Assembly: GCF_963921235.1 (NCBI RefSeq)
Contig: NC_086101.1
Location: 1,488,001 to 1,552,000 of the forward strand
DNA: 64,000 nt
Direction: 5' to 3'
Origin: Mobula hypostoma
Lineage: Eukaryota
Within the stretch, counting starts at the first letter, position 1, and every line of letters begins with the position of its first letter. The notes below the pieces were generated by a model. It did no database searches. It had not been told where the DNA came from and saw only the letters and a list, made by a program, of their open reading frames with translations. Below, one piece after another: positions 1 through 11,301 of this stretch. The position numbers and the translations under genes were made by a program.

Positions 1-229
1 GGTGGGGATAGATGGCCATGGAAGAAAGAAAAGGGGAGGAACACCAGAGGGATATGAAGAGCAGGCAAGGAGATGAGGTGAGAGAGAGGAAAGGGGATGG
101 GGACTGGTGAAGAAAAAGGCGGAGGTGGGGAGCATTACCAGACATTACCAGAAGTTTGAGAAATCCATGTTCATGCCATCAGGTTGGAGGCTACCCAGAC
201 GGAATATAAGGAGGTGTTCCTCCAACCTA
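1..229 (-). mobile_element. Penelope-like element 3' fragment (GIY-YIG C-terminus plus pLTR purine tract)
   Basis: Reverse strand reads RLEEHLLIFRLGSLQPDGMNMDFSNF, the same motif as the Penelope-like copy at 6580-7170. Confidence 0.7.
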
Positions 230-1410
230 AATCAATATTTCTGTCATTGACAAACAATGTGAAAAGTAGCTGTCCCAATACTGATCCCTGAGGAACACCA
301 CTAGTCACTGGCAGCCAACCAGAAAAGGCCCTTTTTATTCCCATTCGCTGCCTCCTGCCTGTCAGCCATTCCACTATCCATGACAGTATCTTTCCTGTAA
401 TTCTATAGGATGTTATCTCGTTGAGTAGTCTCATGTGGCACCTTATCAAATGCCTTCTGAAAAACAAAGTAAATGGCATCCGCTGCCTCTCCTTTGTCTA
501 CCCTGCTTTTTGCTGCCTTGAAGAACTCTAACAGATCTGTCAGGCAAGATTTCCCTTTTACAGAAACCATGCTAACTTTGACTTATTTTATCATTAGTCT
601 TCAAGTACCTTGAAACCTCATCATTAATAATGGACTCCAGCACTTTCCCAACTACTGAAGTTAGGCTAACTGGCCTATAATTTCCTTTCTTTTACCTTCC
701 TCCCTTCTTAAAGAGTGAAGTGACATTTTCAGTCTTCTAATCCTCTGGGACTGTGCCAGAATCAAGTGATACTTGAAAGATCATGACCAATGCATCCATT
801 ATCTCTTCAGCAATCTTTCTCATGACTCTGGGGATGTACTCTATCTGGCACAGGTGACTTATCCACCTTAAGACCTTTGAGTTTGCTTAGCATTTTTTTT
901 CTTCATAGTAACAGCGGACACACTCCTGCTCTGACACTCACAGACCTCTGGCACACTGCCGACATCTTCCACAGTGAAGACAGATGCAAAGTACCCGTGA
1001 AGTTCATCTGCCATTTCTTGGTCTCCCATTACTACCTCACCAGCATAATTTTCCAGTGGTTCAATGTCAACTCTCACCTTCCTTTTACTCTTTATATAAC
1101 TGAAAAATCTTTTGGTATCCTGCTTTATATTATTGCCTAGTCTGCCTTCATATTTCATCTTTTCCTTTATAGCTTTTTTAGTTGCCTTTTGTTGGATTTT
1201 AAAAGCTTCCCAATCATCAACTTCCCACTCACTTTTGCTACCTCTATATGCCCTTTCCTTGGCTTTTATGCCTTTTGCTGGCCACTGATGCCTACCCCTG
1301 TCATTTGAGAACAGCTTTCTCTGTGGGTTATATCTGTCCGGTATCTTGTGAACTATTCCCAGAAACTTCAGCCATCTCTGCTCTCCAGTCACCAGTCTCC
1401 TCCTCCAATC
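230..1410 (-). mobile_element. CR1 LINE ORF2 fragment, degraded
   Basis: ORFs 171-479 (WLTGRRQR...VTSGVPQGSVLG) and 868-1413 (FFSYIKSKRK...YFASVFTVED) are typical CR1 ORF2 motifs. Confidence 0.85.
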
Positions 1411-2413
1411 CACGTGTTGATTATTTCACTTTAGCAAATTATCCTGTGTTTCTTCCATACAGCTTCTTTTAACAGTTTTGAAACTTTGATACACTGACAG
1501 GTGAGCGTTACATTATGCTTGGATCTGGAATATTCAATGTAATAATTTCACCTCTACCAATTTATGGAGCAACTGAAAATAGTGAGTATTACAATAGAAC
1601 TTAAAATAGATTTGAAACCTTCCTATATGTGATTGGTAATTTTTAAAAAAAACCCTATGAGTATTTGATTGAGATAATAGTTTGCGCCAAGTCCTATTCC
1701 TTCAGATAAGTAGCGATTGTGTTGTAAGATTGTTGTAAGGTCCACTGAACTTTTTAAGTCATTTGTTTTTAAAAAGTTCTAGACCACACAACTAAAGGGA
1801 AAACTAAAAGACAAAAAATGCCAGAAATATGCAGCTGGAAAGAGGAAAGACAGTTATTGATGCTTTGGGTGTAAACCCTTCATCAGAATTGAAATGTCCT
1901 TAATCTGTCCTTTTTTTTCCATGGGTGCTAACTGGCCTGCCATTTCAGCATTTTCTGCTTTCTGCCTTAGAAGTAAAATGAGTTTTAAAGTCAAGGGAGA
2001 GTGTGCAGGATTTTATACACAAACCACACATTGAGAATCTTTCACCTGTTGAGGCCTGGTCCTTTTCTTAACTTCCTGAAGTGATTTTCTTGGGTGTGGT
2101 CCCAATTCCTCCTGGAACTGTCTTTGGTAAATCAGTCATTGAACGGAATTCTTTTCCTGCAAAATCTGCCATTTGCAGATTTTGGGCTTCAGTTTCAGTT
2201 TGATATTTCTCCATTGCACCCGTTGAATTTGGTTAGTTTCAAGGAAGCTTGATGAAAAATTGGTAAAGTAGCACTATCCCCTCACCTTTCCATGACCAAG
2301 GAGAGGTTAATGGGGTCATTCTAAACTTGGAATTCCATTGGCAGGAGTTCAGCAATGCCCCTGGAGCATTGATCAATGGATTTTGCACCTCTCCTCCTAT
2401 TGAGGAAATAATA

Positions 2414-5400
2414 CAGGTTGACCACAATTTTTCAGCACCCTTGGTTCCTGAGCCTTGCTGGATTAACGTTTCTGCTGGATTAAAAGAGGTCACGCAATAA
2501 TAATGGCAAAACTGGACTGTAGAATTTTAAAAAGGATTATTAATTAAACAAAAATTAATGTAAATTTATCAATTGCTGTGCCTACAAAGAATGTTGCTTC
2601 TAGGTTATCTTTCTAAACATTTTATCCAGGCGAAGTTGTTTCATGTGTTTTGATCTCTCCTGGTATAATTTTTCTTGGATCAAATAAAAATTCATTAACT
2701 CTTTTTGCATCATGCAGGTACGTTTCTCTAACCCTTAGAGTTTTTGGGTGATTTAATCAATCAACTTTTCAATAGTAAATCTCAGTTTCATAGAACATAG
2801 AAATGTACAGCACATTATAGGCCCTTCGGCCCACAATGTTGTGCCAACCATGTAACCTGTTCTAGAAACTGCCTAGAATTTCCCTACCATATAGCCCTCT
2901 ATTTTTCTAAGCTCCATGAACCTGTCTCAGAGATTCTTAAAAGCCCCTATTATATCCACCTCTACCACCTTTGCTGGCAGTGCATTCCATGCACCCACGA
3001 CTCCGTGTGGAAAAATTTACCCCTGACATCCCACTGTACCTGCTTCCAAGCACCTTAAAAGTATGCCCCTCATGTTAGCCATTTCAACCCTAGGGAAAAG
3101 CCTCTAGCTATCCACATGATCAATGCCTCTCATCATCTTGTACACCTCTATCAGATCTTCTGTCATCTTCCATCACTCCCAGGAGAAAAGGCCAAGTTCA
3201 CTCAACCTATTCTCAGAAGGCATTCTCCCCAATCCAGGCAACATCCTTGTAAATCTCCTCTGCACTCTCTATAGTTTCCACATCCTTCCTGTAGTGAGGT
3301 GACCAGAACTGAACATAGTACTCTAAATGGGGTCCAGCCAAGGTCTTGTGCAGCTTTAACATTATTTCACAGCTCTTGAACTCAATCCCACAGATGATGA
3401 AGGCCAACACATCATAAACCTTCTTAACCACACAGTAAACCCACACAGCTGCTTTGAGTGTCCTATGGTCTCAGACCCCAAGATCTCTGATCCTCCACAG
3501 TGCCAAGAGTCTTGCCATTAATCTATATTCTGTCTTCAAATTTGATCTACCAGATGAACCACATCACACTTGTCTGGGTTGAACTCCATCTCCACTTATC
3601 ACCCCAGTTTTGCATCCTGTTGATGTCCTGGTGTAACCTCTAATAACCCTCCAGACTATCCACAACACCCCCAACCTTTGTGTCATCAGCAAATTTACTA
3701 ACCCATCCCTCCACTTCCTCATCCAGGTCATTTATAAAAATCACGAAGAGTAGGGGTCCCAGAACAGATCCCTGAGGCATACCACTGGTCACCGACCTCC
3801 ATGCAGAATATGACCCATCTACAACCACTCTTTTTCTTCTGTGAGTAAGCCAGTTCTGGATCCACAAAGTAATGTCCCCATGTCTTCTTACGTTCTCAAT
3901 AAGCCTTCCATGGGGTACCTTATTAAATGTTTGCTGAAATCCATATACACTACATCCACAGCTCTACCTTCATCAGTGTGTTTAGTCACATCCTCAAAAA
4001 ATTCAATCAGGCTCATAAGGCACGACCTGCCTTTCACAAAGCCACCCTCACTATTCCTAATCATATAATGCCTCTCCAAATGTGCCTAAATCCTGCATCT
4101 CAGGATCTTCTCCAACAACTTGCCCACTACTGAAATAAGACTCTCTGTTCTATAATTTCCGGGTTGTTCTTGAACAAAGGAACAACATTTGCAATCCTCA
4201 AATCCTCTAGTACTTCTCCCATATCTCCTCCGACTCCATGCACACGTTTCCACTATCGCATCTGATTGGTCCTATTTTCACACAGCTCATCCTCTTGCTC
4301 TTCACATATTTGTAGCTTGCCTTGGGGTTTTCCTTAATCCTACTCTCAAAGTCCTTTTCATGGGCTCCTCTGGCTGTCCTAATTTCATTCTTAAACTCCT
4401 TCCTGGCAACCCTGCAATTCTCTAGAGCTCTAACAGTGTCTAGTTTCTTGAACCTTTTGTAAGCTTTTCTTTTCTTCGTAACTAGATTTTCTACATCCTT
4501 TGTACACCATAGTTCTTTTACCCTACCATCCTTTCTTTGCCTCAATGGAACATACCTGTGGAGAACACCATGCAAATGTTCCCTGAGCATTTGCCACATT
4601 TCTGCCATGCATTTCCCTGAGAACATCTGCTTCCAATTTAAGCTCCCAGGCTCCTGCCTAATAGCATCATATTTTCCCTTCCCCCATTAAACGTTCTTTC
4701 AAATTGTTTGCTCCTATCCCTCTCCAGCGCTATGGGAAAGAAGATAAAATTGTGATCACTATGTCCAAAATGCTCTCCCACTGAGAGACCTGACACCTGA
4801 CCAGGTTCATTTCCCAATACCAGATCAAATACAGCCTCTCCTCTTGGAGGCTTATCCACATATTGTGTCAAGAAGCCTTCCTGAACACACCTAACAAATC
4901 CCACAGGTCACACCTACCCCAGAAGAGGTCCCAATGACCCAGAAATCCGAATCCGTGTCCCCTGCTCCAATCCCTCAGCCACACATTTATCCTCCACCTC
5001 ATTCTATTCCTATACTCACTGTCACGTGGCACAGGCAGTAATCAGGAGATTACTACCTTTTGAGGTCCTGCTTCTTAGCTTCCATTCTAACTCCCTGTAT
5101 TCTGTTTTCCGGACCTCCTCCCTTGCTCTGTCGATGTCGTTGGTACCAATATATACCACAACCTCTGGCTGCTCACCCTCTCATTTCACAATATTGTGGA
5201 CGCAATCAGAGACTTCACGAACCCTGGCATCTGGGAGGCAAAACTACCATCCGTGTTTCTTTTTTTGCACCCACAGAATTGTCTGTCTGTCACCCCAACT
5301 ATAGAGTCCCCTATTACTACTGCCATCCTCCTCCATTCCCTACCTTTCCGAGCCACAGGGTCGGACTCGGTGTCAGAGGCACAGCTGCTGTTGCTTACCC

Positions 5401-6455
5401 CAGCTAGGTCATCTCCCTCCCTCCCCACCCCCCCCAACCCAAACCATATTCAAAATGGAGTACTTATTGTTAAGAGGGACGACCACAAGGGTACTCTCCA
5501 CTACCTGATGCTATCCCTTCCCTCTCCTGACGGTCGTCCATTTATCTGTCTCCTGTAGCTCTGGTCTATCACCTCACTTTCCCTAACAAGCCGAACTCAT
5601 CGAGCTGCAGCTCTATTTCCCTAACACAGTCTCTAAGGAGCTGCAGCTCAATGCACCTGGTGATGATGTGTCCTTCAGAGTGGTGGGAGTCTCCCGGATA
5701 TCCCACATCTGACATCCAGAACAGGAAACTGGCCTTGCAGTCATACCCACTATTCTTGTGTTGAGGGGGAAAAAAGAGATATGAAAGTAACTTTCCTCCT
5801 TACCTCACCTAGGTCCGTCCTCGCTGAAGCCCCGATGAGCCAAAGCCCTACTACTCTGACTCACACTCCTTCAGTGTCCACTCCACTGGGCAGTGTCTCC
5901 CTTTTATCCTGGAACCTTCTCAGCGTCCATACGCGATGACAAGCTGCTGCGTCTGAGAACCTCTGTCATCAAATCATTGCTGCCATCTTCATCACTTGCA
6001 GTGTTTTATCAGCACTCAGAACACTATCTATAATTTCTGAGTCTGTAAGGAGACGCACGACAGTTGTTTTGTCATCCACTCACATAGATTAAGACTATGT
6101 CTTTGAAAGCAGCTCCTGTAACACTTCTTGCATACACATGAACAACTACATTCTCCTTTGGTACGCAAAATCCTGTAAAATCGTCATCAAGCTTTTCTTC
6201 AAGTGCATTATTAAACATCAAGCCAGGCCTCAACTTACGCCAACCATTCTTTAGTGTTGAAGGTTCTACCTTCTCCCACCCTCAAGCAATGAACCAAAGA
6301 ACATCCTTCATGTTAAGTTCTTTAATAAATGTCTATACAGCATTGTCAGCATTCTCCTCATCTAACAGGCATTTCATGAAATGTGAACGATACTTGGCCT
6401 CGTAATTTCATCCAAATTAAAACCTCCAGTTTCCAGAAAATTGGTGGTCAACCTG
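2414..6455 (-). mobile_element. Tigger/pogo-type DNA transposon remnant, internally deleted and split by a CR1
   Basis: Inverted ends: TA-CAGGTTGACCAC at 2412-2425 and GTGGTCAACCTG ending at 6455. Minus-strand remnants AKYRSHFMKCLL...FIKELNMKDVLWFIA*GWEKVEPSTLKNGWRKL...LTDSEIIDSV (about 5960-6405) and KQLRLDKMFRK (about 2600-2790). Confidence 0.75.
2789..5955 (-). mobile_element. CR1 LINE, long copy with ORF1 (SGNH/GDSL esterase) and fragmented ORF2
   Basis: ORF 5186-5437 has AVVIGDSIV. ORFs 4638-4904, 4207-4626, 3640-3867 (KFADDTK) and 3213-3446 (PHLEYYVQFWSP) are ORF2 pieces. (TTCTATG)n-type tail at about 2790. Confidence 0.9.
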
Positions 6456-6579
6456 TGATGTGAGAATTTCCAATAAGCATAATTGGAATTAAGAGTTTTC
6501 CAAAAGCAATGCATCACAAGGTTTACTAGTGAATTAAAAACCTTGCTTAGTTCCAGGTCTTGCATCATATATCTGGACA

Positions 6580-7168
6580 GAATCACACCAAGCACCTACA
6601 CTCCATTCATCAGAAAAAAACGGGATCTCCCAGTGGCTACCCATTTTAATTCTACTTCCCATTCCCATTCTGACATGTCCGTCAATGACCTCCTCTACTG
6701 CCACAATGAGGCCACACTCAGGTTGGAGGAGCAACATCTTTATTTCTGTCTGGGTAGCCTCCAACCAGATGGCATGAATATCGATTTCTTGAACTTCCAG
6801 TAATTACCCCCCTTTCACCCTTCCCCTGTCCTGTTTCCCCCTCTCATTTGTTTGCTTACCTGTCCATCACTCCCCTCTGGTTCCCCTCCTCCTTCCCTTT
6901 CTTCCTTGGTGTTCTACCCTCCCCTATCAGATTCCCCCTCCTCCAGCCCTTTATCTCTTTCACTAATCAACTTCCCAGGTCTTTACTTCAATCCGCCACC
7001 CCCTCTCCTGGTTTCACCTGTCACCTACCACCTTGTACTAGTTCCTCCCCTCCCCCACCTTCCTACTGTTCTTTTTCCAAGTTCTGATGAAGGGTTTGGC
7101 CTGAAATGTTGACTTTTTATTCCTTTCCATAGATGCTGCCTGGCCTGCTGAGTTCCTCCAGCATTTTG
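6580..7168 (+). mobile_element. Penelope-like element 3' part (GIY-YIG endonuclease C-terminus plus pLTR with hammerhead motif)
   Basis: ORF 6483-6803 has LPVATHFNSTSHSHSDMSV...LEEQHLYFCLGSLQPDGMNIDF, then a pyrimidine tract and CTGATGA-AGGGTTTGGCCT-GAAA at 7084-7106. Confidence 0.8.
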
Positions 7169-7169
7169 A

Positions 7170-7745
7170 AGGTGGATAAGACCCCAGAGTCTGATGGGAT
7201 TTATCCCACGATAATAAGGGAAGCAAGAGAGGTGATTGCTGTGGCCTTGGATGTAATCTTTGTATCATCTTTAGCTTTAAACAAAATTCCAGAAGATTAG
7301 AGAAAAGCCAATGTTATTCTAGTTTTTAAAATGGTTAACAGGAATAAACTGGGAAATTGTGGGTAGTGAGCCTTATTCAATGGTAGGGAATGTACTATAG
7401 ATGATTCTTAGGGACAGAATGTATCTGCATTTGGAAAAGCCTGGGAATTTTAGGGATGGTCAACATTGCTCTGTGCAGTCGAAGTCCTGTCTCACAAATT
7501 TGATTCGGATTTGTGAGGAAGTGATGAAGATGATTGATGCCAGTAGGACAGTGGATGTTGTTTGCATGGACCTTGGTAAAGGATTTGACAAGGTCCTTCA
7601 TGGTAGGCTGCTCCAGAAGATTGAGTCATGTGGGATCCATGGTAAGTTGGTAAATAGATCGAACTTGGCTTGATTGTTGAAAAGGGTAGAGCTGGAGGCT
7701 ATTTTTCAGTCTGTAGGTCTGTGTCCAGTTATTTTCTGCAAGGAT
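7170..7745 (+). mobile_element. CR1 ORF2 fragment, old
   Basis: ORF 7401-7673 has KSCLTNLI...VDVVCMDLGKGFDKV. Confidence 0.75.
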
Positions 7746-7749
7746 CATT

Positions 7750-8625
7750 GAACCTAAAACATAAAACAGTACAGGAACAGGCCCTTCAGCCCACAATGCC
7801 TTGACTGAACATAACACTAAAGTAATCTGATTCTCTTCATTCCCTGCGTATTCCTATATCTGTCTAATAGCACCTTAAACACCAGTATTGTACCCCACTC
7901 CTGGTGGCCCATTCCAGACACCAACAAAAACCTCCTCCACACGTCTCCTTTCAACTTCTCATCCATCACCTTCAGCATGCCTTCTACTATTTGAGGTTTG
8001 TTCAGCCTCTCCCTGTGTGTTCATTTCTCATAATCCAGGCAGCATCTAGGTAAACCTTTTCTGCATCCTGTTTAAAGCTTTCACATCCTTCCTGTAATGG
8101 GGCGATGAGAACTACAAACAATAGAGACAATAAAGTATTGCCTAACCAAAGTTTTAAATGCAGCAGCAGTAATATGACTTCCTTATTCTTGTACTCAAGG
8201 CATGAAAATGCCGGACGCAGGCCTCTCATGGTCTGAGTCGACGTTCCCTCCCCCAGTGCCCTGACCAATGAAGGCAGGTGTGACATAAGCTGCAATCTGA
8301 TTAGGCTGGGACCTCTGCTGTTTGTAATATATATTAATGATCTGGATGAAAATCTAGGTGGTCTTGTTAAAAAGTTTCAATATGACATGAAAATTGAGTT
8401 GCAGATAGCAAGAAAGGGTAATGGAAGGGTATTGCAGGATGTAAGTGATTTGCAATTTGGGCATAGATAGAGCTGATGAAGGTTACTGGAAGCCAGTATC
8501 AGCTGTTGTATTTTGCTGTTAATTGCAGGACCCTTAGGAACGTTGTAATACAGGGAAATCTTGGGGTGAAATTCATAGCTCCCTGAAATGCAAATAGATA
8601 GAGTGCTTAAAAAATAGTATATGGA
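7750..8625. mobile_element. Degraded CR1 fragments (minus-strand 3' end about 7750-8275, plus-strand RT piece about 8305-8625)
   Basis: CR1 3'-tail motif (caggcccttcagcccaca) and GPLLFVIYINDLDE-like remnants. Confidence 0.55.
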
Positions 8626-8629
8626 ATAA

Positions 8630-9122
8630 ACATGAGAAATTGTACAAATGCTGGATATCCAAAGCAACATGCACAAAATGCTGCAGGAACCCAGCAGTTC
8701 AGGCAGTATCTACGGAAATGAATAAAGAGTCGCCATTTTGGGCTGAGACCCTTCTTCAGGACTGGAAAGGAAGGGGGAAGACGCCGGAACAGAAAGTTGG
8801 GGAGGTGGGGAAGGAGGATAGCTAAAAGGTGATGGGTGAAGCCAGGTGGGTGGGAAAGATGAAGGAATCTGATACGAGAGGAGGGTGAACTATTGGAGAA
8901 AGGGAAGGAGGAGGGGACCCAGGGAAGGTGATAGGCAGGTAAGTAGTAGTAAGGGGCCAAAGTGAGGAATAGAAGAAGAGGGGAGGGGAAGGAATATTTT
9001 TTAACCGGAAGAAGAAATTGCTGTTCATGTCATCTGGTGGGAGTCTAGGCAGACGGAATATAAGGCGTTGCTCCTCCACCCTAAGGGTAGCCTCATCATG
9101 GCACAAGAGGAGGCCACGGGCA
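8630..9122 (-). mobile_element. Penelope-like element 3' fragment with hammerhead-like motif
   Basis: Minus ORF has CHDEATLRVEEQRLIFRL. Reverse complement of 8729-8765 is CAGTC-CTGAAGA-AGGGTCTCAGCCC-AAAA. Confidence 0.75.
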
Positions 9123-9697
9123 AATTGGATGAGCTTAGATGGGCACCATGGCTGGCACAGGCGGGTTGAGTGAAAGGGTTTACTCCCACACTGATGACTA
9201 TAACTGCATTCAGTCAGTGTCATGCTTCTTTGGTGCCTGTAGAGATACCAACAGAACTGCCACTGGCACAATCTTATAGCATTGAAAAATAACTTCACAG
9301 TAATTCTGAAAACTGAGTATTCTCTCCATGGATCTGATGACATTCTAACTTAGGCTGTGATATTTTTTATCTGCAGTTAAAATGTGCATTTATCCATATG
9401 GTGATATTGCTGTAACAATCGTATCTGCAGTGATGATTTACCTATCCATTGTGGGAATGTGCTTTATCTTTGCAGTAAAGAACAGTAAGTAATGATGCAC
9501 AGCCAAGGGAAATACCAAGATGTGTTTATCATGATATTTGATTGTAATTTTGACTTGCCCTTCAATTTGCACACAACTGCTTTGAACAAAATATATGGCT
9601 TTGGGTTTTTTTAAACAGATTTTTCATTGTGGACAACATTCGTCTCTCCACTGGGACTAGCAATTTTTCCACAACTTACTGCATTTGAGCTCGGCAG

Positions 9698-9825
9698 GTT
9701 TCAGCCTGAAACATCGATTGTACCCTTTTCCAAGGATGCCGCCTGGCCTGTTAAGTTCTTGCTGTGTTTCTGGCATTTTGTGTGTGTTGCTTGGACTTCC
9801 AGCATCTGCAGATTTTCTTTTGTTT
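9698..9825 (+). mobile_element. Short Penelope-like pLTR fragment
   Basis: GCCTGAAACATCGATTG...GATGCCGCCTGGCCTG...CCAGCATCTGCAGA matches the other pLTR copies. Confidence 0.6.
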
Positions 9826-10838
9826 GCGAGTGGTAGTAGATGGTCGCCTCTCTGACTGGAGGTCTGTGACTAGTGGAGTGCCGCAGGAATCTGTGCTGGG
9901 TCTGTTGTTTGTCATCTCTATCAGTGATCTGGGTGATAACGTGATTAACTGGATCAGCAAATTTGTGGATGATACCGGGGGTGTAGTGGACAGCGAGGAA
10001 GGCTAGCAGGGCTTGCAGTGGAATCTGGACAAGCTTTAAAAAAATGGGTTGAGAGATGGCAGATGGAATTTAATGCAGACAAGTACAAGGTATTGCGCTT
10101 CAGTAAGACCAACCAGGGTAGGTCTTGCACAGTGAAAGGGCATTGAGGAGTGTGGTAGAACAAAGGGATCTGGAAATACAGGTCCATAATCCATTGAAAG
10201 TGGCAGCACAGGTTGACAGGTCATTAAGAAGGCTTTTGACACATTGAGCTTCATAATCAAAGTGAGTGCAGGAGTTGGGATGTTATGTTGAAGTTGTATA
10301 CATAATTTAGATTATTATGCGTAGTTTTGGTTACCTACCTACAGGAAAAATGTAAATGTGGTGAAAGAATACAGAAAATTTACGAGGATATTGCTGAAAT
10401 GGAGGACCTGAGTTATGAGAAAAGATTGAATAGTTTAGGACTTTATCCCTTAGAACACAAGGCTGAGAGATAATTTGAGAGAGGGATACAAAATTATGAG
10501 GATTATAGATAGGGTAAATGCAAGCAGGCTTTTTCCAGTGAGGTAGGGTGGGACTACAACTAGAGGTCATGAGTTAAGGGTGAAAGGTAAAAAGTTTAAT
10601 AGGAGCATGAGAGGAAAGCTTTTCACTCAGATGGATCCTGTGAATGTGGAACGAGCTGCTGTGAAAGTGGTGCATTGGAACTTGATTTAAATGTTTAAGG
10701 GAAGTTTGGATAGGTACATGAATAGTTGAGATATGGAGGGCTATGATCTAGGTGCGGGTTGATGGGACTAGGCAGTTTTTAAATCATTTGCACAGACTAG
10801 ATGGGCCGACTTCTGTGCTGTATGTTTCTATGACTCTT
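9826..10838 (+). mobile_element. CR1 LINE 3' portion (RT plus tail)
   Basis: RVVVDG..SDWRSVTSGVPQESVLG...SKFVDDT, and a CR1-type tail (tgtgctgtatgtttctatgactct). Confidence 0.85.
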
Positions 10839-10954
10839 TGCTGTTTCTTTGCATTCTATTATGGAAACAAGTCAATGTCAACTGCCTGATACCTGTCTCT
10901 AATACAGTATAAAGTAGCTGTAATGTCAACTACCCAGTGCCTGTCTCTAATTAC

Positions 10955-11301
10955 GGTTCATTATATACCACCCAATCCAGTATAGCTGATCCCCTAGTAG
11001 GCTCAATGACAAACTGCTCTAAAAAGCCATCTCGTAAGCATTCAACAAACTCACTCTCTTGAGATCCAATCGACTTGCATGTTAAAACCTCCCATGACTA
11101 CCATAACATTGCCCTTTTGACTCGCCTTTTCTATTTTCTGTTGTGACCTGTGGTACACCTCGCAGCCACTGTTGGGAGGCCTGTATGTAACTGCCATCAA
11201 CGTCCTTTTACCCTTGCAGTTTCTTAACTCAACACACAAGGAATTAACATCTTCTGTTCCTATGTCACATCCTTCTACTGATTTGATGCCATTCTTTACT
11301 A
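10955..11301 (-). mobile_element. CR1 endonuclease-domain fragment
   Basis: ORF 11051-11239 has VELRNCKGKRTLMAVTYRPPNS. Confidence 0.8.

Noticed and set aside
1463..1500. Exon-like segment with CAG|GTGAGC donor
   Set aside because: Stop codons in all three frames from either candidate acceptor. At most a non-coding exon.
10874..10955. Diverged short duplication (aatgtcaact...cctgtctctaat twice)
   Set aside because: Two copies only, at a junction of transposon fragments, with no sign of function.
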